The position numbers and the translations under genes were made by a program. The notes under the pieces are model-generated. The model saw only the letters and a program-made list of their open reading frames with translations, was not told the origin of the DNA and made no database searches. From Octopus sinensis (lineage: Eukaryota), in NCBI RefSeq assembly GCF_006345805.1, contig NC_043001.1, forward strand, positions 70,804,001 through 70,868,000: a stretch of DNA of 64,000 nt. The letters are read 5' to 3'. This document shows positions 12,346 to 26,845 of the stretch, piece after piece; the stretch's first letter is position 1, and every line of letters begins with the position of its first letter.

Positions 12346-14123
12346 TCTACCTTATAATATAAAATAAATTTTGAGAGTTTTCCGTCTTTTGATATATTTT
12401 TAGTACAAGATTTCCTTCTTTGTATATATAAAAAAAACTCACAAGACATTCAACGCCCGGCAATAAAGGATATACTAGAGGACACTTAACCGAATGGTAC
12501 GGAACCCGAAACATCGTAGTTGTAAAAAAATTTTTCTTAAGCACATATTGACGCCTGATTTTGTTTTTGTTTTACCTGTTGAAATTAGAAGAATGGTTTG
12601 GACCAATGACATTTGCAGGCCTTCCACAAATATTGAGTTTTGTGTAGTATTAATATTCTGTATAAGATGTTTCACGGCAAAACCTGGAAAGAAAAAAAAG
12701 CAGAGAGATTTCAAAAAGCATGTATTGTTGAGGGAATGTACTAGGGAAATTTGGTTATAGTGGGGCCGACTTCGTCAGCCGTATGAAGAGTGGCGTGATG
12801 TGGAAGTGCTGATTTGTGGAGATACGAAACCAGCCTGCTCCAAGGAAACAGAACCATTATTACTCTTTACGTTCTGAATTCAAATTTCACGGAGGTCAAC
12901 TTTGCTTTTTATTCTTCCAGAGTAAACAAAATAAAGTAGCAGTTGAGTATTGGAGATCATGTTTTCATAAATCGTAAATTTGCTAGCATTGTGCTAGTAT
13001 TTTTAACCATTATTACAACGACAGAAAAAAAAAACATTGAGAGGATACAACATGCATAGGTATCAGACACTTGGAACGAGCCCATTAATCATTGAATTCC
13101 AGTTATTCGAATGTTATTCTCTAGATGCGCTCCACAATGTATATGTGTTTAGCAAGAGTACTGTCCTAAATTTGTGAGGCTTATCTGAAACATTGTAGAG
13201 TGTCAGGAAATATGAAGTTTGAAATATTTTCGAACCTGAAAATATGGGTTAGGCTTTGGGTTGCAGGCATAGATATGTTACTTATATGCTTTCCAGTTAT
13301 GTACAGCTCAGTTTCAGCAAAGATGTGCCACTATGTTACTTTCCAGATTCGTACCGATTGAATTATTTGTTGCAAAAAGAAACAAGATTAACGATGACGC
13401 AATGGAGGACTATCAAAATCTTAGTTTATAGAATCAATACATTTTCGGATTGAAAAAATTTAGTTAAAAATCGAAGGTCACGGCATCTGCATGAGAGTAG
13501 GAGTTGTAGGATATGATCGCACGTATATATTGTACAGAAGAAAGTGTGTAGGGTACAGAATGCAAACCTGGAGAAAGTTTAATTGAAACGCAAAGAGCAC
13601 GGTCAACACTTGCTTCGATCATGCGGTCAGTTAGCAAGCTACTTAACTTAGGAATTGCACAATTATTAGCATATTTATATTTCTCTATAAAAACAGTTCA
13701 GTTATTGTTTTCGAATATTTCCTGTTAGGAAAATACAAACGTTTCCGAATAATTTCGTTTATCTTGATGTCTTCCAAAATGTAATAACAAATAAACCACG
13801 CAAATTTGATATTGTTTATACAATAGGAATTGCAACAATGGCATTTTCAAGTAGGTTTAAAGAATTTCAAGTCACTTTTCTTATTTATAACTGCTTTCGC
13901 AGCTGAATACATAGATCTAAATTTATATACATACATAGTCAGTAGTTTACATTAAATGACATAAAAAATATAACGTATAGTGTAATATATAATGTATTAA
14001 TAACATGTTATTTTTAAGAATATTGCTTTTTATATTAGATTCACGTCTTTGAAAGTTAAGTTTCATAGTTGTCTTTAACCCGAGAATCGCCGAGTATTTC
14101 TGCTAATTATATATGTATATATA

Positions 14124-14191
<68 letters not shown>

Positions 14192-14625
14192 CAATTAAAG
14201 ATTTAGCAACAAGTTGCTTCAGCACATACCGAAAATGTAGAAATAGCAGCCACAGACAGCTAATCCTTTTCGCTACAGATATGACTCCACAGATAAGAAT
14301 ATTTGTAACTCACATAGGCAAAAAGAAGAAAATATAACGAAATCAAGCAGCCTTCGATTAATTATCGAGGCGTTTCTGGATTAGAATTATCGAAATTCAT
14401 TTACGTCATCTGCATATTATTTCGAGAATTATAAATTTGAAAATGCTAGAAAACCTACCTCTTGCATCCCCGACCAAGCGACATCGGGACATATCAACAA
14501 GGTAGTCAGCACATCCAAATTTATATAGACGAGTGAAATCATATTTTCCCTCCAAGATTACCATGTGCGTCACAAGATAGTACCGCAGAAACAGAACCGC
14601 AGTTTATTTATCAGGGAGTGAAAAT

Positions 14626-14761
14626 CATTACAGATATAGAGTAAAGAATTATTAATTTAATAATTAACAAATTTTACCATGTAGTTATTTTTCCATACTG
14701 AAACTACTTAGTAAAATTTGTTAATTATTAAATTAATAATTCTTACCCAATATCTTTAATG
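14626..14761. repeat. ~60-bp-arm hairpin abutting (TA)n
   Basis: AAGAATTATTAATTTAATAATTAACAAATTTTAC vs GTAAAATTTGTTAATTATTAAATTAATAATTCTT. Confidence 0.8.
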
Positions 14762-14778
14762 TATATATATATATATAT

Positions 14779-16180
14779 AAATTAGAGAAAAAAACACTAT
14801 TATGCAATTCAGATAATGATAGACATAAACCAAATCATAAATAATAAATAATATATATTTTATAAAACTTATAACTAGTTCACAAAAAGTATAAAAATGA
14901 ATAATCAATAGTTAAAAATAATGGTTAAAAAACTACGTACGTTTCACGGCTATAATATTAAATTTGAATAATAATTGAATTTAAATTTAATCGAAAATCG
15001 ATTCAATTTAAAATTAGTCACTCTTCATGTTAATAATAATAGTTAAATACATAAGCAAATAGAGTTAAACAATATTTATTTTAAAAATGAAATAATGATT
15101 TTTGTTTTAGAAGAAACTCCATTAACTAAATTTAAAACTTAAAACATTAGGATCACTTGCTTACATTACATTTATTATGTTAAATATTTAAGGTAAAAAA
15201 ATAGAATAAATAGATAGAAAAATGTATTTATCAGTGAAGATATAATTTAGCTTAATAAAAAATATTAATAAACTATAGAATATCTTTAATCTAGTTATAC
15301 TCCAATATTTAATTACCAAGCTATTTTACAAAACAATCACTCTTAATATTTTTAGATTTTAGTTCACATATAATAATTATCAAATAATAACTATATAAAA
15401 ATAAGTATCTAAGTTATAATTAACAAAAAGAGTAAATATTTTCGAAAGATATCTATAATATTTATGTAAGTAATATCGGACTAATTTATTTATTGTTTAT
15501 ATGTTTATTGATAGAAAAAAGATTTTTAATTACTATATTTGTTGATTATAATTTAGATACTTATTTTTATATATTTATTTTTTTATAAATATTATATTTG
15601 AACTAAAATCTAAAAATACTAAGAGTGAATGTTTTGTAAATTAATTTGGTAATTAAATATTAGAGTATAACTAGATTAAAGATATTCTATAGTTTATTAA
15701 TATTCTTATTAAGCTAAATAATATCTTCACACCAAAACACATTTTTATATCTATTTACACTATTTTTTTTACCTTAAATGTTTAACATTATAAATGTAAT
15801 GTAAGCAAGTGATCCTAATGTTTTAAGTTTTAAATTTAGTTAACGGAAATTCTACTATAAGAAAAATCGTTATTTTATTTTTTTTTATAAATATTGTTTA
15901 ACTGTATTTGCTTATTTATTTAACTATTATTATTTACCTGAAGAGTAACGATAATTTTAAATTGAATTGATGTTCGATTAAATTTAAATTTAGTCGTAAT
16001 TCGAATTTAATTATAGCCATGAAACGTACGTAGTTTTGTAATTATTATATATTGATTATTCATTTTTATACTTTTTGTGATTTAGTTGTATGTTTTATAA
16101 ATATATATTTTATGTTTTATTTATGATTTGGTTTATGTCTATCATTGTTTGAATTGCATAATAGTGTTTTTTATCTAATT
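14779..16180. mobile_element. Large AT-rich foldback (family D, ~660-bp arms) with a hammerhead motif in each arm
   Basis: 14779-~15440 is the reverse complement of ~15525-16180. Terminus ATTAGAGA.AAAA..ACTATT is shared with 32713 and 55764. Confidence 0.85.
15935..16036 (+). ncRNA. Hammerhead motif with long stem II/loop (mirror at ~14930-15030, C3 mutated)
   Basis: CTGAAGA (15938-44) G...TATAGCCAT GAAA (16021-24) CGTACG TA; homologous to 32849-32968. Confidence 0.55.
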
Positions 16181-16271
16181 TATGTATTATATATTTATAT
16201 TGTAAAATTTGATTTAATACTAAATTGAATTTTCCCTGTAAGTTTGGTGTTATTATAATAATAATAATAAC

Positions 16272-16313
<42 letters not shown>

Positions 16314-16327
16314 TATTATTATTATTA

Positions 16328-16382
<55 letters not shown>

Positions 16383-19300
16383 ATAACATATATGTAATAC
16401 AAAAGTGGTGTATAAATTGGAGAGGATATTGAAAATAGTGGCTAATATTTTGACATGATTTCCAAGTAAAAAATCAGCAATGACTTGAATGGATGTAATC
16501 GGTTTCTGCAATGACATCCACCAGGCTAAATTTTAAAATAAACGAAAAAGGAAAACAGCTATAAATACTGACCTGGCCTTGGTAAAACTGCTTGGGATTC
16601 TCTGCCTACGCAAATGATTGTTACGTGATTACTTAAAATAGGGCTTAATAACAACTTGGTACTCAAGTCTATTATTTCTGGATAGTTGACAATGAGGAGA
16701 AGAATGAAGAAATATCGAGTTTAGATGATAGCTACGTGCAGGTTTGCGATCAAAGTGAGAAAATAACCAAAGGAGAAGGGTTACAGCTCGCTTCCCAATT
16801 CTGATGAATCAGACTTCAAACGATTTTGTATTTAAAGCAGATTTTTAAAATTTGCTTTACAGATTTCTGTTCGATATATTCATACTGTGGGACCTACATT
16901 TGTTTCAAGCAATTATTTCTAATTGTAGATATTTGGAACGGATGAATCCCGTATTACTTTTCAGACTTCCTGTAACACACTGCAAAGGTAGAACTAGAAT
17001 ATTATCAAAACCTGTTCCAAGTTATTTACAGAGATTAAATCCAAGCTTCACGAAATACAGCAAAACGTTGCTATTCTAATAAAATCTCGAGTAATTAATT
17101 TATCATCAATTAATCGTTAACGAAGTTTCAGATTAAATATACTACTATATTTTATCTCGTCTCCACAATTAATATATCGGATAATTATTTAAAGCATCAG
17201 CTAATTAGTGTAAGTATTTCTACATATGATAATGAAGAATATTGATCGATTCCGATATCTTGGAAACAGATGCTGATTTTATGGGGAACAATTATGACAA
17301 CACGACGTAAATTATAATAAAATTGAATTCAAGATTAATTTAAAAGATAACACGTAGATAATTCTAAACATTTATGAAAGAAAATAAAAAGAAAAATAAA
17401 CAACTCTTCAATTTGAATCTCAACGAAGGTTCTGTTTTATTCTCAGACATACTGAGCAAGTGAAGAGCTGTAATTATGCTTTTCATCCAATCACTATTTT
17501 TTCTTTTTTTGTTCAGTCTACATAGTAATTAGAAACTCATATTTTGTAAGCAGTTTACACAGAAACCAGCCATTGTTTGTTAAGTGTTATGGACATATTT
17601 GTCTACTGCTGATTAACAACAAATGGCTTTTCCATTGAATATTTATCCCCGTTATCACATGAATGACCAGACATAATTAGACAAAGGCAATGGCTGTCGA
17701 TGTTAGAAAATAAATTTCTGCTAATGGTATTAATGTTAGAGGAAACGTCATTTGGGAGAGGATGACGAATGTAGTTTGAAAGTCATTGTAACTTATTGTA
17801 TGATATTTAGAAGTTATGTTAGGAAATAGCTGTAAGCGTTCAATCTAGCTTACTTTTGTATGCAAAATATATCCGTGAGTTTTTAGGAGCATATTAATGT
17901 TGTATAACCTTGTTTAAACAAAGAAAATGGACAATATTAACGTTCCAACTTCCCACAGGTGCGTTAAGTGCGGAAGGAGTGAGAACGTGACTTAACTGAT
18001 AATGGAAATGTAATCTGTCGTTCCGATTTTTAATAAGGTCATTGACGTCCGTTACATTTTATCAACCTCTTTCAATGGCAAAATATAGTCCACCCAAAGC
18101 TATGTATCTATACGTTACTGACAAATGTTAAAATCTCAAGTTGTTGAGATGGCATGATCCTTAAGGCGTCGAACTTAGTGGTATTTCTTCCGACACTGCT
18201 TTGTGAATCCAAATTCCACCAGGGTCAGCTTTTCCCTTCATTCCTCAAGCAGCGATACGTTAAGCAGCACAAGTTAATAATTGCTGGTTTCGTGCCTAAA
18301 TCAGTAAAAGTCATCTAGAAGCAACTTAAGGCGGTGAGATGTCAGAATTGTTAGCGCTACGCACAAAATGTTGAACGGGATCGCTTCTCTCTCTTTAAAT
18401 TCTGGGTTCATATCCTGCTGAGATCATCTTCGCTTTGCATCTTTTCGGAAACAATAAAATATAGTACACTCCAGCACTGGAGTTGATCGGATCGATTAAC
18501 CCCACAAACGAAACATTTACAAATGTAGTGACTTTATCATGAGTTCATTGCGAAATTTATTGTGAAAACGAAGTTCACTGGAACTCCACAATATTTTACT
18601 GTTATGTTGGAGGGTGTGTAAAGCAGTGACGGGAGATAAATAAACTTTAAATCTGTCCAAACATGTTTAGAACACATGTGAATTTGTAAAGGCTTAACAG
18701 TTTAGATTCCTGAGGAGAAAAATCTTTCACTTAAAATTAAATGTGCTAAAACATACCGAATTCTTTATTATTTACTGATTTCTGAAGAACGATACAAAGG
18801 TTTCGCATTTTCAAAGGTGCCTCTTTTGGTATCAAGTACTGGGGAGAATTAACGCTTTCGAAATGCATCCATCAGTCCATAGAACGCGATTTCAGTTGAC
18901 TATGGTTTTTCAACACCATTTTGCTTTAAGCGAGAATTTTTTCTCCGCGGTAAAACTTACAAGCTCAGATACGTCTCAAGCACTTTTGAACTGGCCTTAA
19001 GTGAGTTTGCCTTACTAGAAACAATCAGCATATAATATTGACCATAACAGAATATGAACTCAGAATATTGTTGTCTAAAATATTTTACAATTATGAATAT
19101 GTCGCAATTCTTCGTTTTCCATATCTAATTTTCCGGGTATTTTATTATGCTCGACCTTGATGTCTATACAGAATCTCCAGAGTATAATAAACACAAGATA
19201 TTATGCAGTCATAATAACTAATTTGATTAAGGTTTAGATTCGACAGTTCGTAATGCGTAAATAATATATCATAGTGTCAATTAGTATTCCTGTAAACTTT

Positions 19301-19699
19301 ACTAAACAAAGGCAATGATAATTATAAATGACAACAATATTATTGTAGGTAATAAATCTCGTTCTCTTTTCCATTCTCTCCAAAGCTACCAAGTAATGCG
19401 GTTATATGTTTTAAAACGATAGATTTAGTATAAAGCCACAAATACATACTTTTATGAGAATTTTCGAAATGTAAATTTGTCTAATAAAGAAAAACTCAAC
19501 AAACTTGGCTGAGATTTCCAGAAAACAATGTATCATTTATATTCTTCAATGCAACACAATTAATTGCTAAGCGAAAGTTAATCAAAGAATGTACCTTTCA
19601 TATCCAAAAATTTAACGTTACTGGTTCTCTTGTTTAGTTTTGTTTAATGAAACCTAAGATACAATGCATTCCACTTTTGATATCCGGGCTGATATAAAT

Positions 19700-20330
19700 T
19701 ATTGCGTTCGCAACTAAGTTCGCGACGTTTCTTTTTTAATTTTGGAATTTAATGCGTTTTTAAATTTTGGAATCTATTTTTTTCGAGAATTCTATTTTTG
19801 AATAATTTTGGAATATATATATATTTCTTCTAGTTAATTTTAGTTAAATTTTGTGTATTTTCAGATCATTAAAATGGAATGTCAAGTTAAGAAAAACGAG
19901 CATTTTCGACACCTCCTTCTTTTTGCTTTTATTCAAGGTTCTAAGGCCGCAAAGCTGCTCGCGACATTTGTGTTGTGTATGGAGAGGATGCCATAGATGA
20001 GAGAACCACTCGTGATTGGTATGCCAAGTTCAAAAATGGAAATGTTTACCTCAAAGACGCACCTCGTTCTGGCCGTCCAGTTGAATTCGATGAAGAGCGA
20101 TTAAACCAATATTTGCACGAAACTCCTCATCAAACGACAAGAGAACTGGCTCAGAAAATGGAATGCTCCCACACTGCTGTAGAGAAGCATCTTCACTCGA
20201 TGGAAAAGGTTCAGAATTATGGAGCATGGATTCCGCATGCTTTAAGTGACAACAATATCAATGAGTCACAATCTCCGCTGGTTTGTTTGCTCGTCATCGC
20301 TCAACTCATGGACATCAATATGATGTACAG
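19700..20330 (+). mobile_element. Mariner transposase 5' remnant (Mos1/SETMAR-like HTH region)
   Basis: MECQVKKNEHFRHLLLFAF (19873), frameshift, then YGEDAIDERTTRDWYAKFKNG..DAPRSGRP..TTRELA..GAWIPHAL (WVPHEL motif); truncated before the DDD domain. Confidence 0.9.
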
Positions 20331-21319
20331 GCACCTTCAGAAAGAAATGACCATTTTCGTTTATTCTACGTTGGTTGTAGGCTCATAAGTCTTTCGAAAA
20401 GTTTCTCTTTTATCTTTTTATCTATCTGATTTGCCTAAAGTCATTACGTCGGTATTTCCAAGGCTGATGCGCAATTGCTGACAGAGTCGTTCACAGACTT
20501 TGCGTGTACGGAAAGGATTTTGAACTTGTTCCAAATAAAACTTCATCGTATGATTCCTATTTGTTTTTTGCTGTTAATTGTTTTAATGATCCAAAGTTGA
20601 ACTAAGGATGTGAGTAGTGAATATAGGATTATATCTATTTCTATTCCATTCTACGTGCTTTTTGGACAAGTCAATTGCTGTAATTTCTAATAATGAAAGT
20701 AATATTACAACTGCCGAAACCAATCCGTAGATAAGCCAGTGTTCCCCATCAATCTTAAGACGATGTGCCTTACAAAAAAAAACACCCCGATAACAATGTT
20801 CCATTAATCAAAACTTACGTTGACACAGTCAACAGTTAGAAAAACAAAAACAAATCGAGAACAGCGATGACGAAAGCAAAATCTAGAAATACATGAGCAA
20901 CAAAAACAGTCAGACAAAATCTAAAAAAATAACAAGAAAAGCAACACTAGCGATAACAGCAACAGCAAGATCTCATCTAACACAAAACAGGCATGCACTT
21001 TTCAGTGTAATACAGATCATCAACTTGCTTGGTTGTTGACGGCATGAAGGTGAACCCGGGACAGACTCATCGCAGAACCAGATCTGGTCTAATTATATTT
21101 TTGCCAGAGAGAATAAAATAGAACTCCCTAAACTTTAAGATATCAGCCAAAGTGTTAGTGAAGATTCTGGTTTTCGTCATGGGTGGTTTGTTCCTCGATC
21201 AGTAACATTCCTCGATCAGTAAAATTTTAAACATATGCAAGGCAATGACAATACTAAAGTTAAATCAGGAGAAATCGATGGGTTTGCAGTTTGGCACCTG
21301 GAAACACAAGTGGATGACG

Positions 21320-22110
21320 TCAAAGAGCGTCCCCATTTACTAGACAGACAGACAGACCGGTTAAAATTCTCTGGCCGGGCTTCCAAGAGGAAAAATATTT
21401 GTGTTGATGGTTACAAGTAGTGTGACAAACTGCCTCCAGATATGGACTTAGAAAGCTATCCCTAAAAGACGATCTAAGAAGCATAGCGTTGGTTCCGATT
21501 TGACTAAACTGGAGCGTCTGCACTTCTTCATCATGGGAGAGGGAAAGTTATACTGGCCAGGTGATCTATCTTCTGTCACTCAACACCCACCAACCCACCT
21601 CTAGGAAAGTAACTACGAATATGATGGCTGGCATTGTGTACACACACGCTGAGGCTGGGGTTGCGCTTATTGCAAGATTTCTCAGCGATAAATAGATGTG
21701 CTGTCCGTTTCTAAGGCATGTATTTTCAAGCCCCCACCCGGGCCTAGAAAAGATCATAACTGGGCTCCTGGAATCTGGAATGTCTTCAATCGATCACTGC
21801 CTAAAACAGACCTGGTAACGCAGTCGGTATGAGTTCTACATAAGTAATATATAGCGGGCTTTTAAGTTTATATCTCATAGGTAAAATTAGGCGTTGAAGA
21901 TGGCGAACTGGCTGATCTATTCGGAAGGGCATTTGGACTACTGAGGATAACTTCCAGAAATATCAAGTGTTGCACTAGTAACGACGGCAATAAAGGCTTA
22001 TTTCTATATTCACCGTTAAGCCCTATAGCCAGACGCAATGTCTCCACCCTCAACCAGGGGATCAATGGGTTAGTGTTCTCCTCTAATCTAATACCAATTA
22101 TATCTACCAC
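21320..22110 (-). pseudogene. Unidentified coding-like fossil
   Basis: GC-richer non-repetitive block. ORFs 21566-21757 and 21320-21523 share a frame (two stops between them); 21868-22110 is one frameshift away. Confidence 0.35.
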
Positions 22111-22859
22111 TTATGTAATATGTAATTGCGGTTCCTGTTTGATTTTGCTTCGGCAAATTTTTCCTTTCAGACATTGACATACTTCGAACAGAGACAATTC
22201 TTCATTATCCCATTTTTTAAGTTAACATGTAGCACCGACTATTTTAAAGAATGTATCCATATGGTCTAGTAGATAGAGGGAAATGAGGGAGGGATCAAGC
22301 TGCAATTGTTGGTGATATTAACCCTCTAATATTTGCTCAATTCATTGCTTGTTTGTTTGTTTTCTATATAACTTGCTGAACTTTATTTAAAATTTGTTTT
22401 TCAACGAGATTCGCAAAATAGAGTCGCCCTTAGAATATTTATTGCGTAGTTCTCATTTGATAGAATAAAAAATAATGAGCATCCAAAAGTCTTAATAAGC
22501 ACTGTTCACACATCTAATTAAATCTTACATTCAAATTGCTCTTTACAAAAATTCTATAACTGCTTTGAATATGTTTTCTTTTTTGCATTATATCAATATT
22601 TGAGTTATTTTGTTTATATTTTAATAGTTAGTCGTTTATCAAACAACAACAACAACAATAACAACAAAAACAACATCAATACCAATAAAAAAACAACAGC
22701 ACAGCCATAGCCACAACAACAACAATACTAAACATCATTAGTGCAATCGCTATAGCTATCACATTACAAAAGTATTAGAAATAATTATAATGCTAATCTG
22801 CATATTAATGTTAATAATTTCTTCTCAATAATTGTATTAATGTGTACGACGATAATTAT

Positions 22860-22940
22860 TGATATTATCATCATCATCATAATTATTATCATCATTGTAG
22901 CCACCATCGTCTTCATTGTCATCATCATTTTCATCATCTT

Positions 22941-22973
<33 letters not shown>

Positions 22974-23370
22974 GTCGTCGTCGTCGTCATCATCATCATC
23001 ATCATCATCATTATTGCTGTTATTAAGAAAAATCTACGAATGTGTTGATAAGAATGATGATGTTAATGATGATGACGACGAAGTTGTTGATGATGATGTT
23101 GATGATGATGCTGATGATGATGTTGATGACAACGACGACGACAATGATGATAATGACGATGATGATGATCATCATAATCATCATCGTCATCATAATGATG
23201 ATCCTGATAATGATCATGATGACTGGGATCATGTTGAACATGATAATTTAGCATGAATTTCTCAACAATAGAGAGAGGAACGTTAATGATGTGTGCCCCG
23301 ATGACAAAGATAGTGATGATGATGTTGATGATACTGATAATAAGGAAGTTGATGATGAGGAAGAGGAGGA
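22860..23370. repeat. Degenerate (CAT)n/(GAT)n trinucleotide repeat
   Basis: Directly visible; explains the poly-S/D/H/I ORFs. Confidence 0.95.
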
Positions 23371-23905
23371 GTAAAACACCGATAAACAGAATTACATTAG
23401 CGATTTCGGTGATGTTGCATTAGTTTAATTAGTTTTATGCTTCGTTTTAATTCTGGCAATTAATAGCCAGGATTATATTCGGAGAGAGCTGCTAAACTAA
23501 CCCAAGAAATAACATTTATAAAATGGAAACAAGCAAACGATTTTGTTCTATTTAATTTAAATTATGTATCACAACAAATGGATTGACTGATGTCACTTGG
23601 GTTATCTCCACCTGTCGCATTATTACAAATTCAATAGCCACTTCCGTATTTTAGCAGATACCAAAACTCTCCACTTCCGCGTTAAAAGCTGTCATTATCA
23701 CTTTCCTTTGCATATTATGCAAGGAAATGAGTTGGAAAAAATGTTATTTTTATATGTTTTAATATTCATTCTTAAATGTGTATCGAATTTTCAAATCTCG
23801 ACACATAAAACGCGTTTTCTAAATTATTTACATATCCGTTTACAAAATAAATGCATTAAATTTGTTGAGGTTCCAAATCAAAGGAAAAAATTGTTCAAAA
23901 ACAAC

Positions 23906-23956
<51 letters not shown>

Positions 23957-24048
23957 CATTTCCATATCGAGTTTAATGTATAAACATCCCAAAAACCAAT
24001 CCACCAACACGCACTTAAAGACATGAAGTATGTGAAATTTAAGCTATT

Positions 24049-24130
<82 letters not shown>

Positions 24131-25141
24131 ACCACATACTCTCTTTCTAAATGTGTAATTAATATTGGGAATATCAGCCGTTTGTGCGTGGAAGAGAGAG
24201 AGGGCAAGAGAGAAGGACTGTGCATATACATGAGTGAGGAGTGCATCTCTCTCCCCCTCTGTTTCTCTCTTTATATATCTATATATATATGTGTGTGTAT
24301 GTGTGTGTGTGTGTGTGTGGTGTGTGTGTGTGTCTTTGACAACATATTGATCCTTCAATTGAAGTTAAAATATTGCAAGTATTCAATTAGTTAAACCATT
24401 GATGCTCTTAATGTAATGATATGCAATACTTTGTGTCTGTCGTCCAAACGTTTTGAGTTCAATAGAAATAGTCAACCCAATGATACTAAAAGCTTAAATA
24501 CTAATAGTATACAGTTAGTATGTATACTATGATTCTTACACACTATGTAAGATTCTCATAATCCTCTTTGTATTTTTGGTGTTCATAAAAAAAGATATAC
24601 CCTAATTGATTCTCATACTTTTGTATATATATATATTTATTTTGATATAATGAACATAGTGCTGCATGTTATTGTGGCATATATTCGAATCCTTTCCATG
24701 CTCACGGTAATACTACTGAAGCCAAGCTCCACTCTGATGCCATGGGAAGAGGATATCTGCATTCATGTTCAACTATGGGCAACCAACTGACAGACATTCA
24801 CAGAATAATATTTTGCCCCGATTGCACATTGAAATGGAAATTTACAGACATATATTATATTGTCGGACCACTAATTAGATACCGCCACATGAAACCTTGT
24901 GGCGTATATCAGATTTTAAATATTAACCTGTTGCAGCAGTCGGGTCACTATTCGAATCGTTCGGACGAAACGTTGATTTGATATTGCTTCCAAAATTTGC
25001 CACAAGGCCACCATTATCGGTGGAGGGATAAGTCGATTACATCGATCCAAGTGTTCAAATGTTACGTCTGCCACGCTTAACGATTTTGCTAGCTCGCCTT
25101 TCTTGACTTTGCTTTAATAATAACACCTAAAAGACGGAAAC

Positions 25142-25732
25142 CTACGTGTACACCCATGAGTTTATCTCTCCTCTGCTGTTGAAAATTGAGTTTATCGTCC
25201 TAAATAGGTTTCTGTTATCAGAAGACACCATAGTTAGTGTATTGCCAAAGTCTCTCACCGTAGATACTGCCAACACATTTTATATCAAAATATTGCGACT
25301 GGTACGGTTAGAGTATCCTAATGCTCTATTATATATTAACTGATGAATTAATTCTACAGAGTCAACCGCTGGTATTCTGTTGTGCCCGTGCAAGTCGTAA
25401 TTATTTCTCGTTAGGATAATTTTAGCGGTCTCCAAGGAAAGCAGTTTAAGTATCCCCCAAACCATTTACTCAATACTCTACGGTGGAAATTTAGTGCTTG
25501 CGAAGCTCGTACAGTATTGTAGACGCCCTAATAATAGATATCTTTTGAAATCTTGGCGAGACTCTAAAATTAATGATGTAGACGTAACAATGGCAGGAAG
25601 TGATTTTATCTGGGAATATGGAGGTGCAGGCTTCAGGAAGTCATATTCAGGTGTTGCACTGGTTATGAAGTCTTTGTCGTTAAACCACACCATTGGCTGC
25701 AGGTGTGTTGCTGGGATGTGTATAGAAGGGTT
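25142..25732 (-). pseudogene. Unidentified coding-like fossil, 197 codons with 3 internal stops
   Basis: One frame: NPSIHIPATHLQPMVWFNDKDF...TKFPP*SIE*MVWGILK...NILI*NVLAVSTVRDFG...SWVYT*. Confidence 0.45.
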
Positions 25733-26029
25733 TCATATTCACATATATAGAAGGTGATTCTACACTCATATATACTGTCATTATCTACGCATTGTTCTGT
25801 TTCAGTCTGATGATAGAGAAATACTTCTCAAAATTGTCCTGGTTTTCGTGAAATAAGTCGCAATTTCATCTAAAACTCAGTTTGTTGCGTATGCGTTACG
25901 TTGGGACACACGAAATGCTAGCAGCTCTTTGTCTTTTTGGCGTTTATTTTACGTTCTTCTATGTTCTTTTTCCAGAATATATATCTTTACCTATCTCATT
26001 CTCTCTATTCCACCTCTCTCTCCCTATCA

Positions 26030-26063
<34 letters not shown>

Positions 26064-26436
26064 TACCTCATGTCTCTTTATCCACAATATATATATTTAT
26101 GAAAACATTAGGAGTTGTATCGATAGGCACAACATTGCAATTATAGTAATGGCTAATTACAGTAGTTCTTTTTTATTGTAATGTACTCTTGCTTAAAACA
26201 ATACTTTACAATTAGTGATCAACATATGGTTATAATTATCACGAACGTTATTTCTTGAGAATGAAAACAAACTTTTTTTACCAAAAAGACAGATTATTTA
26301 CTATAACGAAACAGAATATGATATCAGAAATATTAAACTTCTAAATCTCTCATAGAGATATGTACGGTGGTGGGGCGATAGAATGGTTGTATACTGTCAA
26401 TCTAACGTGAACGTGACAGTAGGGGGTTACACCATT

Positions 26437-26845
26437 GCTTCCTGCTGGCTTCGACACATTTTTCCTGTGTCCTTATATACATTTACGAAGGAGAAACAAA
26501 CACCCCCAGCAGACAGGCCTGCATCTAGAGACACGCATGTTTCAGGATCATTGTCCATCATCGGTCTAGAGTAGCAGACGCCCGCCAGCTGTTGATATCT
26601 GTCCCGATCCGCAAATGTATATATCTGATTTTCAGTGAAGTTTATTCACTGATTACGAAAATCAAAAATATTAAATTTCTAAATATCTCATAGACCGATG
26701 ATGGACAATGATCCTGAAACATGCGTGTCTCTAGATGCAGGCCTGGCTGCTGGGGGTGTTTGTCTCCCTATCGTAAATGTATATAAGGACACAGGAAAAA
26801 TGTGTCGAAGCCAGCAGGAAGCGTCGATGCTTCCTAGGGCTAAAC
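26437..26845. mobile_element. Foldback (family C-related terminus) with hammerhead motifs
   Basis: Arms 26437-26568 / 26691-26822 are nearly perfect reverse complements. The right end continues GATGCTTCCTAGGGCTAAA, like 8600-8615 and 42450-42465. Confidence 0.85.
26691..26733 (+). ncRNA. Hammerhead motif, CCGAUGA variant (mirror on - strand at 26524-26570)
   Basis: TAGA-CCGATGA-tGGA caatga TCCt-GAAA-CATGCGTG-TC-TCTA; GUC cleavage triplet; stem I is 4 bp (6 bp in the mirror copy). Confidence 0.65.
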
